Virus genome (UHGV): UHGV-0097017
Strand: one strand, 5' to 3'
Length of the DNA stretch: 13,822 nt
From: a virus
The notes beneath the pieces are model-generated. The model was not told where the DNA came from and did no database searches. It saw only the letters and a list, made by a program, of their open reading frames with translations. Position numbers and translations under genes: made by a program. Positions 1-7,780 of the stretch are shown piece after piece; the stretch's first letter is position 1; every line of letters starts with the position of its first letter.

Positions 1-171
1 CAGGAACTACGCCAGAAGGCATTAGAAGCGTTCTATGACGCATTTGAACTTAGCCGCATTGAACCAGGCACAACAGCCAGAATAGCGATAAAAGGCGACC
101 TGATGATAGTGATGTTCAGACAGGAGAAACCAAATGACAGAACAGACGATGACAAATCGCGAACTTGTTGA
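1..171 (+). CDS. Possible 3' end of an upstream gene (5'-partial); frame 1 is open from the window edge to TGA at 169-171
   Basis: Only frame open from position 1; the other two forward frames hit stops within 40 nt. It overlaps the next start by 38 nt, which is long, so coding status is uncertain. Confidence 0.25.
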   Translation, partial: QELRQKALEAFYDAFELSRIEPGTTARIAIKGDLMIVMFRQEKPNDRTDDDKSRTC

Positions 172-358
172 TGCCGCGATTGAACTTGCTGGCGATTTTT
201 ATTCCATGATGGGTTACGAGCATCGACCTGGTTTTAAGTATTGGGAGTCACCGCATCCGCAAGAACAACAGGTGTTTGAAATGGCCTGCCGTGCTTTTGA
301 GGTTATTCGCGGTTCTGATGTGATGGAGGCCGTTGCCGACTTGGAGGATGAAGAGTGA
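134..358 (+). CDS. Small acidic hypothetical phage protein (74 aa)
   Basis: ORF with AGGAG Shine-Dalgarno at 122-126 placed 7 nt before ATG 134. Its stop overlaps the next start (GTGA at 355-358). No motif recognised. Confidence 0.6.
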   Translation: MTEQTMTNRELVDAAIELAGDFYSMMGYEHRPGFKYWESPHPQEQQVFEMACRAFEVIRGSDVMEAVADLEDEE

Positions 359-666
359 GCATCATTAAAGAAATGCCGGTAGAACGTGATGAATATGGCT
401 GCTGGACACATCCGGAGTATGAGAAGTTTTGCGCAGGTCGTGAATATATTTCCACTGAGGAATTTGACGCCTGGATGAAGGAAAATAATCTTCAGTGGAC
501 TATTCGCAGTATGGATGAAGATGATTTTGATCTGGACGCAGCTGGTCCCGATATTGCCGCCTGGGAACCGGAGCGACCAGAGGGTGAAGGCTGGTTTGTT
601 GGCTCTATTCATGACACTGAAGATGGTCCAGTTTGTATCTGGCTGCGGGAGAAGGTTGCCGCATGA
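355..666 (+). CDS. Hypothetical phage protein (103 aa, acidic)
   Basis: GTG start overlapping the upstream stop, with GGAGG at 342-346. An alternative ATG lies at 373. Its stop overlaps the phosphatase start (ATGA at 663-666). No motif recognised. Confidence 0.55.
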   Translation: MSIIKEMPVERDEYGCWTHPEYEKFCAGREYISTEEFDAWMKENNLQWTIRSMDEDDFDLDAAGPDIAAWEPERPEGEGWFVGSIHDTEDGPVCIWLREKVAA

Positions 667-1355
667 TCCAGACTATGCATGAAGTGAATTTATATAGCCG
701 TATTGATGGTTCTGGCTACAGAAACATATGGGTTGTTGGTGATCTGCATGGTTGCTACACCAGACTGATGTCCGAACTCCATCGTGTGGATTTTGACCCG
801 GCGCAGGATTTACTGATATCGGTTGGCGACCTTATCGATCGCGGTACTGAAAATGTCGAATGTCTGGAACTATTGCAGATGCCCTGGTTCAGGGCAGTAA
901 TGGGGAACCATGAGCGGTTGATGCTTGATGCGTTAAGTCCTGATGGCAACGTGAATAACTGGCTAATTAATGGCGGACAATGGTTCTTCATGCTGGGCAC
1001 TGATCAGGAAATATTAGCCAAGGCGCTGGTGGAGCTGGTAAAGCGTCTGCCATATATCATTGAGTTGAACACCGGGCATGAAACTATCGTTATAGCCCAT
1101 GCCGACTATCCAGGTGGAGAGTACCAGTTCGGTAAGGATGTGTCGTTTTTTGATGTTGTCTGGTCGCGCAGTCGCGTCGGTGATTCGATAGATGGCATTG
1201 GTGGAGAAATCACAGGCGCAGATCGCTTTATCTTTGGGCACACACCGGTACGAAGACCAAAAGCATACTGGAATCAGCACTACATAGACACGGGCGCGGT
1301 TTTTTGCGGAAATCTGACGCTAATGCAGGTGAAGGGAGGGCAGCTTAAAGTCTGA
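663..1355 (+). CDS. Serine/threonine protein phosphatase, lambda PPase / PrpA-like metallophosphatase
   Basis: Translation carries the calcineurin-like phosphoesterase signature GDLHG ... GDLIDRG ... GNHE and a later GHT motif. ATG 663 is preferred over the TTG at 633 in the ORF track because of the ATGA overlap and the GAGAAGG Shine-Dalgarno 7 nt upstream. Confidence 0.9.
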   Translation: MIQTMHEVNLYSRIDGSGYRNIWVVGDLHGCYTRLMSELHRVDFDPAQDLLISVGDLIDRGTENVECLELLQMPWFRAVMGNHERLMLDALSPDGNVNNWLINGGQWFFMLGTDQEILAKALVELVKRLPYIIELNTGHETIVIAHADYPGGEYQFGKDVSFFDVVWSRSRVGDSIDGIGGEITGADRFIFGHTPVRRPKAYWNQHYIDTGAVFCGNLTLMQVKGGQLKV

Positions 1356-1381
1356 TCAAATCATTTACGCACTCAAATCAC

Positions 1382-1446
1382 GTTAGAACATTGATTTTAG
1401 TTTTCTAACATATTATTTTACCGATCGGAACAAAACAGAGTCGGTA
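1382..1446 (+). promoter_or_regulatory. Intergenic region with two inverted repeats and sigma70-like hexamers upstream of the DUF968-like gene
   Basis: GTTAGAA (1382-1388) pairs with TTCTAAC (1403-1409); TACCGA (1419-1424) pairs with TCGGTA (1441-1446). TTGATT at 1391-1396 and TATTTT at 1413-1418 are separated by 16 nt. Confidence 0.3.
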
Positions 1447-1452
1447 TGCATT

Positions 1453-2448
1453 ATGAGTGCAATAATCACCCCATATGTCGTAAATGAAACTGGTGTGGCT
1501 GTCTTTCCTGTAGATAAGCCCACCAGCAATTACATCGGCGCAGGACGCCGTTTTCTTATATCCCCATTGCCGCGTGAACAGGCTGAAAACACCCCTGATG
1601 GTGTCGTTGACCTGAATTATTCACTGGTTGCCAACCAGTCACTGGCACCCTTTTTTCAAAGTGAGCGTGTATTTAACGCGTTAGGTGGTGAGGATTCTCT
1701 CGTTCACTGGGTTAGCACCAACATTCACGATTGCCAGGCGCATGATAAGCGCGATTGCAGCCACCAGCTAACCACCCATTTCTATAACGGTTCTGCCGTT
1801 CGCCTGTGCTGGAAGCATGATGCGGAATACATGATGAAGGGATACGGCAAGCTGGAAGACCAACTGTCACGGAATCGCGCCAACTGGATTATGAACTGGG
1901 CTGCCAGCGAGTTAAAACTTCCGCCAGATCGCGATCTGAGCATGGTTGAACTCACCTTTTGGGCCATTCGCCGGAATCTTAAAGACGAACTGCCTGATGA
2001 AGCTGGTCGCATTGCATTTTGTCAGCCAAAAACTGAAATCCCTACCGGTACGCTGAAAGAATCAGATATCACCTGGGAGCACAGTACCCGCGAGCTGGTG
2101 GACATAACCGCAGAGCAGATCGTCAACCTGTCTGTAGATGAGGATTCCGGCCTGCTTTATATGCGCCGACCAAAAGCGGTCCTCGGTAAAAGCCCGGCTT
2201 ATCTCCGGTTTGTGGTTTCTCGTCCGTGCATCGGATGCGGTGGCAAAGTTAACCACCCGTTCATGTACCGCGCCCGCTCGTTAAACGAACACGACCGCTG
2301 GGCTGTTCCTCTTTGCGATGACTGCGCCAGAAGCGCAGAAAACGATGTTCGGGCATGGGAAAAAGCACATGGCATACGCCTTTACGTAGCCGCTAACCAG
2401 CTTTTTGACTTCGCCATCGAGCGCGGAGTGATCACGTTCAATAACTGA
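1453..2448 (+). CDS. DUF968-like phage protein with C-terminal Cys cluster (331 aa)
   Basis: Long ORF following a 97-bp intergenic gap. C-terminal CIGCGG ... PLCDDC arrangement suggests a zinc-binding module. Family assignment is from recalled resemblance to enterobacterial prophage DUF968 proteins, not a search. Confidence 0.6.
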   Translation: MSAIITPYVVNETGVAVFPVDKPTSNYIGAGRRFLISPLPREQAENTPDGVVDLNYSLVANQSLAPFFQSERVFNALGGEDSLVHWVSTNIHDCQAHDKRDCSHQLTTHFYNGSAVRLCWKHDAEYMMKGYGKLEDQLSRNRANWIMNWAASELKLPPDRDLSMVELTFWAIRRNLKDELPDEAGRIAFCQPKTEIPTGTLKESDITWEHSTRELVDITAEQIVNLSVDEDSGLLYMRRPKAVLGKSPAYLRFVVSRPCIGCGGKVNHPFMYRARSLNEHDRWAVPLCDDCARSAENDVRAWEKAHGIRLYVAANQLFDFAIERGVITFNN

Positions 2449-2464
2449 TGAGGTGGATCAAAAA

Positions 2465-3187
2465 ATGAAAGAACGTGGGATGATTTTTAACGATGAGATG
2501 GTCAGGGCCATCCTCGAAGGAAGGAAGACGCAGACTCGCCGACCTGTAAAAAATGTCAGGGCCGATAACTGCCTAGTTATCCGTAAACCGACAAAGAAAC
2601 GCAATGGTGTCTATACCCACGTTATGGATGCACCTGAACATGGTTTATGCCCGTTCGGTAACGTTGGTGATCGCATATGGGTCCGTGAGGCGTGGGCGAT
2701 ATTAGGCAATGAGGATGGTTGCAGTGTGGACTGGAACGACAACCTTTGTCGTGGCGATGAGAAGAACGCAGCAAGGATTTATCGGGCCAGTTGTGAGCAA
2801 AAGCCTGGTGATTACGGTTTGTGGTCGATATCCGATGATGCCGACTGGAAACCTCACACTGTGAATGAAAAGTTTGATGGCGGGTGGCGTCCATCAATTC
2901 ACATGCCGCGATGGGCATCACGCATCCTGTTGGAAATTACCAACGTGCGCGTTGAGCGGTTGAACGATATCAGCGAATGCGATGCAAGGGATGAGGGCGT
3001 TCAGCCTGCTGGAAGTTTGCTTCCTGATCACCCGGGAACATTCCTAACTCCCAAGGGAGATTTCGCAATGGCCAAGGTTGCGTTCCAGCGCCTGTGGGAA
3101 TCCATCTATGGTGAAGAATGCTGGAACGCTAATCCCTGGGTGTGGGTAATCGAGTTTGAGCGTATTCAGGGGGCAACCAGTGAGTGA
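2465..3187 (+). CDS. ASCH-like (PUA-fold) domain protein, ~240 aa
   Basis: N-terminal MIFNDEMVRAILEGRKTQTRR matches the GxKTxTxR signature of ASCH domains such as E. coli YqfB. ATG 2465 has GAGGTGG 9 nt upstream; the ORF track GTG at 2453 is an alternative. Stop overlaps the next start. Confidence 0.6.
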   Translation: MKERGMIFNDEMVRAILEGRKTQTRRPVKNVRADNCLVIRKPTKKRNGVYTHVMDAPEHGLCPFGNVGDRIWVREAWAILGNEDGCSVDWNDNLCRGDEKNAARIYRASCEQKPGDYGLWSISDDADWKPHTVNEKFDGGWRPSIHMPRWASRILLEITNVRVERLNDISECDARDEGVQPAGSLLPDHPGTFLTPKGDFAMAKVAFQRLWESIYGEECWNANPWVWVIEFERIQGATSE

Positions 3188-3440
3188 GTCAAAATGCCAA
3201 ATTAATGGCAACAAGATAGAACCGTGCGCGGCGTTGACGCAATCCCTGGAGCATGACGCTGAATACACGACGCGAAAAGGTCTGCTGAAATACAAAATCT
3301 ATAACCATGCATTAATTCATTCACAAGACCTGATCATGCTGCGGTCTGGTGAATTTTCTAAATCGCCTATTCGAGTTTCATTTTGCCCGTTCTGTGGTGA
3401 AAGTCTGAAAACGTGGGAAGCGGAGGCAACCAGTGAATAA
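3180..3440 (+). CDS. Small Cys-containing (zinc-ribbon-like) hypothetical protein, ~86 aa
   Basis: GTG start at 3180 in a GTGAGTGA overlap with the upstream stop; the ORF track's earlier start at 3156 would overlap by 32 nt. C-terminal CPFCG motif plus two upstream Cys. Confidence 0.45.
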   Translation: MSESKCQINGNKIEPCAALTQSLEHDAEYTTRKGLLKYKIYNHALIHSQDLIMLRSGEFSKSPIRVSFCPFCGESLKTWEAEATSE

Positions 3441-4077
3441 CCGCTTTTACCTGATGTGCTTGCGTGAAACTGTGGGTAATAACGCCTCATTCCATTGCCA
3501 TAACGGCAATGGTTACAGTTCTGATATCGATCGCGCTCATGTTTACACGCTGGAAGAAGCCCAAAAAGCCTGGAATTGTGGGCGAGATATCGATCAGCCT
3601 GTTTGCGCGGATAGCGTGGATGCAATGGCAGTGTGGCACGTTGATTGCCAGTACATCCCTACAGAAAGCCTGATTGAGTCAGATTGCACTGCGTATGTGG
3701 CCTACAAAAAAGGTAGCTGGAACGGCAACGATGTTTACTGGCTTCAACACGGTGGATTGCCAACAGATGACTTCAGTAAAGCGACCATCTTTAGCGTCGC
3801 CAACAAAAACGAACCAGGAATAGTTTGGTTGCCATTTTCCATTGCTGATGCAGCAAAGCGCCGGACGTTCAATATCAATAAATTTAACCGCAGAACAATG
3901 GTTCAGGGCGCAGGTTTGGTCATGCCTGACTGGTTGAAAAAGCAGAACAGAAGAAAGAAGTCGCGAAGCGGGAAGGTGCGTTGGAATTGTCCGCATTGCG
4001 GAAAAATCACCTGGCAGTACAGCCCATATGATTTTGAAGGCTGTCGTGATTACAACTGTGAAGGATGGCGAGAATGA
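3433..4077 (+). CDS. Hypothetical protein with C-terminal CxxC...CxxxxC zinc-ribbon (214 aa)
   Basis: GTG start 3433 overlapping the previous stop. C-terminus carries CPHCGK followed by CRDYNCEG, preceded by a basic KKQNRRKKSRSGK stretch. Confidence 0.6.
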   Translation: MNNRFYLMCLRETVGNNASFHCHNGNGYSSDIDRAHVYTLEEAQKAWNCGRDIDQPVCADSVDAMAVWHVDCQYIPTESLIESDCTAYVAYKKGSWNGNDVYWLQHGGLPTDDFSKATIFSVANKNEPGIVWLPFSIADAAKRRTFNINKFNRRTMVQGAGLVMPDWLKKQNRRKKSRSGKVRWNCPHCGKITWQYSPYDFEGCRDYNCEGWRE

Positions 4078-4643
4078 CAATTGACTATCAGGTACTGCGT
4101 GAGGCGGCAGAAAAGGCAACACCAGACGAATGGGTCGCATTTATTTCGACGGATACTGGTACTTATGCGGTGCACACGCCCGGTGATGAACGATGTGAAG
4201 ACGTTATCAAATGGACCGGCTTTGATGGACAGAAAAATGCAGAGAACAACGCTCGTTATGTTGCCGCGTTCAACCCAAAGGTTGCTTTGGCACTACTGGA
4301 TGAACGGGAAAGAAACCAGCAATACATCAAACGCCGCGACCAGGAGAACGAGGATATTGCGCTTACGGTTGGGAAGCTGCGCGTTGAGCTTGAGGAGACA
4401 AAATCAAAACTCAACGAGCAGCGCGAGTATTACGAGGGAGTTATCTCTGATGGGTGCAAGCGTATTGCTGAACTGGAAGCGCGGGAAGTTCAATTACCGA
4501 CTCGCTACGACCTTCGATATGGACACCCGATAAATGCAGATGAGCGACAAGTCATGATACCTAAAGAAAATGGCAGTTGGCTTTACCTGATTGACCTAGA
4601 ACACGCATTACGCGTCGCTGACATTCGTATCAAAGGAGAGTGA
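4074..4643 (+). CDS. Ead/Ea22-like coiled-coil phage protein (tentative)
   Basis: ATG 4074 in an ATGA overlap with the upstream stop. N-terminal motif TIDYQVLREAAEKATPDEW and a central coiled-coil-like stretch resemble lambdoid Ea22-family proteins, from memory only. Confidence 0.5.
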   Translation: MTIDYQVLREAAEKATPDEWVAFISTDTGTYAVHTPGDERCEDVIKWTGFDGQKNAENNARYVAAFNPKVALALLDERERNQQYIKRRDQENEDIALTVGKLRVELEETKSKLNEQREYYEGVISDGCKRIAELEAREVQLPTRYDLRYGHPINADERQVMIPKENGSWLYLIDLEHALRVADIRIKGE

Positions 4644-4644
4644 T

Positions 4645-4908
4645 ATGGCCACTTTAACAAAAAAAGAACGGGCATGGTTGAATGAATTACAGGACGTTCT
4701 TGATCGCTGTCCATCACCAAAAAAAATTGGTTTTTACACCATTGGCGATAAAACCATTTACCTGTATGACCTACGCCGCATGGATGAAATCATGGAGGCT
4801 CTTGATAATCGTTCGTCGATGGATTGGTGTGTTGCTGTCCATGATATGAATGCAGGGTTTGATGAAAAGATTTTGTTCCCCTCATCAGTTGAAAGCACTG
4901 CGGGTTAA
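4645..4908 (+). CDS. Hypothetical protein (87 aa)
   Basis: Strong Shine-Dalgarno AAAGGAGAG directly upstream of ATG 4645. Lower GC than neighbours by eye. Confidence 0.6.
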   Translation: MATLTKKERAWLNELQDVLDRCPSPKKIGFYTIGDKTIYLYDLRRMDEIMEALDNRSSMDWCVAVHDMNAGFDEKILFPSSVESTAG

Positions 4909-4918
4909 GGAGTAACAC

Positions 4919-6463
4919 ATGACCACTATAACCAAAGAGCGACTGCTGACAATCAAGCAGTGGCGCGAAACATACGGACCGGGTAGCAACGTTGTACTGC
5001 CAGCAGAAGAAGCGGAAGAACTGGCACGGATTGCACTGGCATCATTGGAAGCAGATCCAGTTAAACGAGTTAACTCAGATCAGATGCACCGAGTCTGCTT
5101 AGAAGCTAATCGCTATTTAGATAAATATGACGCGATGGCGAAAGAGGTAAATAAGTTGCTTGGACGCATCGCCCCGCCAGCGCCAGTATTTAACGGCGAA
5201 TACGGTGACGCATATCAGGGCGCTCGTGAAGACCTGTCCATCTGGAAACGGCGAGCGCTTGAAGCTGATGAGCACGTTCGGCGACTGGAGCAAATCAATG
5301 ACCACATGGTGAAAGAGGCGCAGGGAGAATCACGCATGGGCGAGCCTGTAATACGTGAGCCAGCACCGGTAGTGCCTGAAGAAGCAACTCCGGAAAACGT
5401 AGAAATGCTCTCTGGCTATGTTTCAACGTACAAATTAACCGATAGCGAGCGCGATATTGCTGCCGAAATATGGAACGCCTGCCGCGCCGCCATGCTTCAG
5501 TCCGGAAACTTTCGGGAAAACAAGAATTCGTCAACCAATAATTTTCGGGAAATCGCGGAAACGTCAACCAACTATCCGGCAATTCCTAGTGAGGTGTTGT
5601 CCGCAATCCTGAAGGTTGCCAGGATTCGTGCCGATTTCGATGATTTTGACGGTGACAGGCGAGGTATCGGTGATTGTCTGGATGAGGCCGAGCAAGAGCT
5701 TATCGTTACCATTAACAAATATGCCAGTCAGTTGGCAGCAGAACCGATAGCGACTAATGACGTTCGAGAGCAAACAGCCGTTCCGCCAATACAGGCTGAT
5801 GTCGCGCAAGCAATTGAAAATCTCAAGCAGAAGTTAGTGGAATGCAATCGCTATAACTACTGCGCAGATGCAGTGAAGAACGTAGAGGATGCCTGCCGTG
5901 CTGTTAGCTATAGCCAAGCCGACAATCAGCCAGCATCTGGCAACCAGGCTGCCGAATCCAATCGCGGTAATGAGTGGACTGGCAATCCTGATATTGATAA
6001 CGCCATCATCATGCTCGACCGCATAGATACGCTGGAAAATTGCGATGATGACCGTATTGAGGCTGTTAAGGCTGTTTTGCGTAGACTGGCAGGCAACTAT
6101 CCGGATATTCCGGATAGTTCGGTGCCAGCACCAGGAAAGGGCGTCACCGGTGAACGTATCCGAATTAAGCCGCATGTTTATCGCGAACTGGTTAACCGTC
6201 TCCACGATACAGCGATCAAGTGTGCTGGCACCCAGCAATTACGAGAAAGAATTAGCCGTGTTTTGGGCGACGTTATTACACCAGATCATCATAAACAAGC
6301 CGAGAAAAGTGGCCTGGAAAGGTGTCACCTTGAGGCGGCATTAAACATTAAGCCGGGGCATACGCTTGGCATTATTGATGCACTATTGGTTCATAAGATG
6401 GCCAGGGCTTTATTGCCGCTGGTGGCTGAAAAGCATGAGGCGGACCATGCCAACGAAAGCTGA
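4919..6463 (+). CDS. Large acidic hypothetical phage protein (514 aa)
   Basis: Strong Shine-Dalgarno TAAGGAG 6 nt before ATG 4919; long uninterrupted ORF. Contains an internal ~33-bp imperfect tandem repeat (NFRENKNSSTN / NFREIAETSTN). Confidence 0.75.
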   Translation: MTTITKERLLTIKQWRETYGPGSNVVLPAEEAEELARIALASLEADPVKRVNSDQMHRVCLEANRYLDKYDAMAKEVNKLLGRIAPPAPVFNGEYGDAYQGAREDLSIWKRRALEADEHVRRLEQINDHMVKEAQGESRMGEPVIREPAPVVPEEATPENVEMLSGYVSTYKLTDSERDIAAEIWNACRAAMLQSGNFRENKNSSTNNFREIAETSTNYPAIPSEVLSAILKVARIRADFDDFDGDRRGIGDCLDEAEQELIVTINKYASQLAAEPIATNDVREQTAVPPIQADVAQAIENLKQKLVECNRYNYCADAVKNVEDACRAVSYSQADNQPASGNQAAESNRGNEWTGNPDIDNAIIMLDRIDTLENCDDDRIEAVKAVLRRLAGNYPDIPDSSVPAPGKGVTGERIRIKPHVYRELVNRLHDTAIKCAGTQQLRERISRVLGDVITPDHHKQAEKSGLERCHLEAALNIKPGHTLGIIDALLVHKMARALLPLVAEKHEADHANES

Positions 6464-6731
6464 ATTACAGGTGCGCGTAGATGAGCTTGAAAAAGAGAAC
6501 GCGAGCCTCAAAAAAATGCTGTCGCGGGCGGAAAGGGAATTATCAGGCAAATTATTGCCAGAAGAACTGCCACCAGCAGATATACCTGATCGAGTGTCCT
6601 GGTGGATGAAGTATTTCCGTGCACCGTGGGAGGCGTTTTGGTGCTACGACCATCGCAGATGGTGTGATGAACTTGATAGCAGTTTTCCCTACTTTGCGGA
6701 AGGGAACACCTGCCCTCAATGCAGGGGATAG
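6447..6731 (+). CDS. Hypothetical coiled-coil protein with C-terminal CPQC motif (~94 aa)
   Basis: ATG 6447 is preferred over the ORF-track start at 6366 because it limits overlap with the 514-aa gene to 17 nt. N-terminal ELQVRVDELEKENASLKKML heptad-like segment. Confidence 0.5.
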   Translation: MPTKAELQVRVDELEKENASLKKMLSRAERELSGKLLPEELPPADIPDRVSWWMKYFRAPWEAFWCYDHRRWCDELDSSFPYFAEGNTCPQCRG

Positions 6732-7192
6732 CATTTGACGAAATCGATCACCCTATCCTGAACTTCAGAAAGAAGGTCTTTTTCACGCGCCAGGACGTCA
6801 GGATATTGACGTTCTGGCCTTATCAGATGCCGGAGCTTCCCATTAAGCAGAATGGCCTCAGAAAACACTTTTACGCTGTGCTTTATCCCCTCTGTTTCAC
6901 TTTTCAGCGTCAAAATAAAGCGCAATTGCTTATTAGCCTGATTCGGATTCAATACACGAATTTGCAGTTCGTCTATGCTGTTTCGCAATGGGATTGATGC
7001 CACCACACTGGTGCAGTCTCTGATTGTCTGAATTGAACGGCTAACATTGAGAACGTTATTGTGCATGTGCCTGATCCACTAACTCCTGGAGGTTTCTTGT
7101 GTCAGATCGAAATATAGCAGCTAAAAGCCAGGAAGAGCGAGACAAGGTGAACGTAGACCTTGCCGCCAGCGGCGTTGCTTACAAACCCCGCT

Positions 7193-7222
7193 TTCACAAA
7201 CTATGCCTTTTCAATGTATACT
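7193..7222 (+). promoter_or_regulatory. Putative sigma70 promoter of the humD-like gene
   Basis: TTCACA (7193-7198), 18-nt spacer, TATACT (7217-7222); the -10 element overlaps the LexA box. Confidence 0.45.
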
Positions 7223-7238
7223 GTGTGAATAAACAGTA
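7219..7238 (+). promoter_or_regulatory. LexA (SOS) operator
   Basis: TACTGTGTGAATAAACAGTA fits the E. coli SOS box consensus TACTGT-N8-ACAGTA with both CTGT/ACAG arms intact; it sits 18 bp upstream of the humD-like start. Confidence 0.8.
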
Positions 7239-7256
7239 TCATTAAGGTAAAACGCT

Positions 7257-7646
7257 ATGGGCTTCCCTTCTCCTGCGGCGGATTATGTTGAAAGCCGTAT
7301 TTCTCTTGATCAGCAACTAATCAGACATCCTTCAGCGACCTACTTCATGCGGGCGGCAGACAGCCATCACCGTGAGGGAATATTGCAAGGTGCTTTGCTG
7401 GTGGTTGATTCCTCACTTACTCCGGTTGATGGCTCACTGCTTATATGCGCTATGGAGGGAGAATATCGCGTAAAAAGATACCGGAAGTATCCGCGCCAGC
7501 ACCTGGAGGATTTAAGCACCGGGAAGAAAGAGGCGTTACCAGTAGATGACGATGGTTACACGGGTAGTAATGCTGTTTTTGGTGTGATCACCCACATTAT
7601 CAATGACGCCAGGGGCGGTGAATTTGATGATAGTCCTGCTATATGA
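7257..7646 (+). CDS. humD: UmuD'-like S24 peptidase-fold protein (HumD-like), lacking the N-terminal arm
   Basis: Translation starts directly at the GFPSPAADYVE motif that follows the cleavage site in UmuD. Retains the Ser-containing ADSH segment, the LLVVD segment and the Lys-containing GEYRVKRY segment. 129 aa, the size recalled for phage P1 HumD. Confidence 0.85.
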   Translation: MGFPSPAADYVESRISLDQQLIRHPSATYFMRAADSHHREGILQGALLVVDSSLTPVDGSLLICAMEGEYRVKRYRKYPRQHLEDLSTGKKEALPVDDDGYTGSNAVFGVITHIINDARGGEFDDSPAI

Positions 7647-7780
7647 TTTGTTTTCAGAGAAACCATAGAGAGGCATGACTGGATCTATATCGCCCTGGCC
7701 ATTTAAATGATTCCTCCCATTAGACGCGGTTACTCACTTGAAGATAAGATGAGGTTATAATTCTCTTTTTAGGTACGCGA

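Larger units (their letters stand above)
7099..7245 (+). pseudogene. hot: Truncated hot-like gene (homolog of DNA polymerase III theta subunit HolE); N-terminal fragment only
   Basis: GGAGG at 7088-7092 then GTG 7099. Translation [27 protein letters not shown] aligns with E. coli HolE residues about 4-30 ([27 protein letters not shown]), then diverges into unrelated sequence and stops after 48 codons inside the LexA box. Too short for the ORF track. Confidence 0.5.

Noticed and set aside
214-612. 132-aa ORF on the minus strand
   Set aside because: Entirely antisense to two plus-strand genes that have Shine-Dalgarno sequences and coupled start/stop overlaps. The translation is Cys/Ser-rich and low-complexity with no recognisable motif.
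755-1280. Two minus-strand ORFs (81 and 88 aa) inside the phosphatase gene
   Set aside because: They are antisense to a gene with unambiguous metallophosphatase motifs and are probably chance open frames.
3464-3673. 69-aa plus-strand ORF nested in the 214-aa gene
   Set aside because: Out-of-frame nested ORF without its own Shine-Dalgarno; the containing frame is longer and translationally coupled to its neighbours.
4081-4533. 150-aa plus-strand ORF in an alternative frame of the Ea22-like gene
   Set aside because: It overlaps the better-supported frame throughout; the translation is Arg/Ser-rich and not protein-like.
5117-6344. Several ORFs (62-134 aa) antisense to or out of frame with the 514-aa gene
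   Set aside because: All lie within a long, well-initiated plus-strand ORF and show no independent start signals or motifs.
6719-6997. 92-aa plus-strand ORF in the 6732-7098 gap
   Set aside because: Low-complexity translation and no Shine-Dalgarno. Kept only as part of the unassigned-gap finding, not called as a gene.
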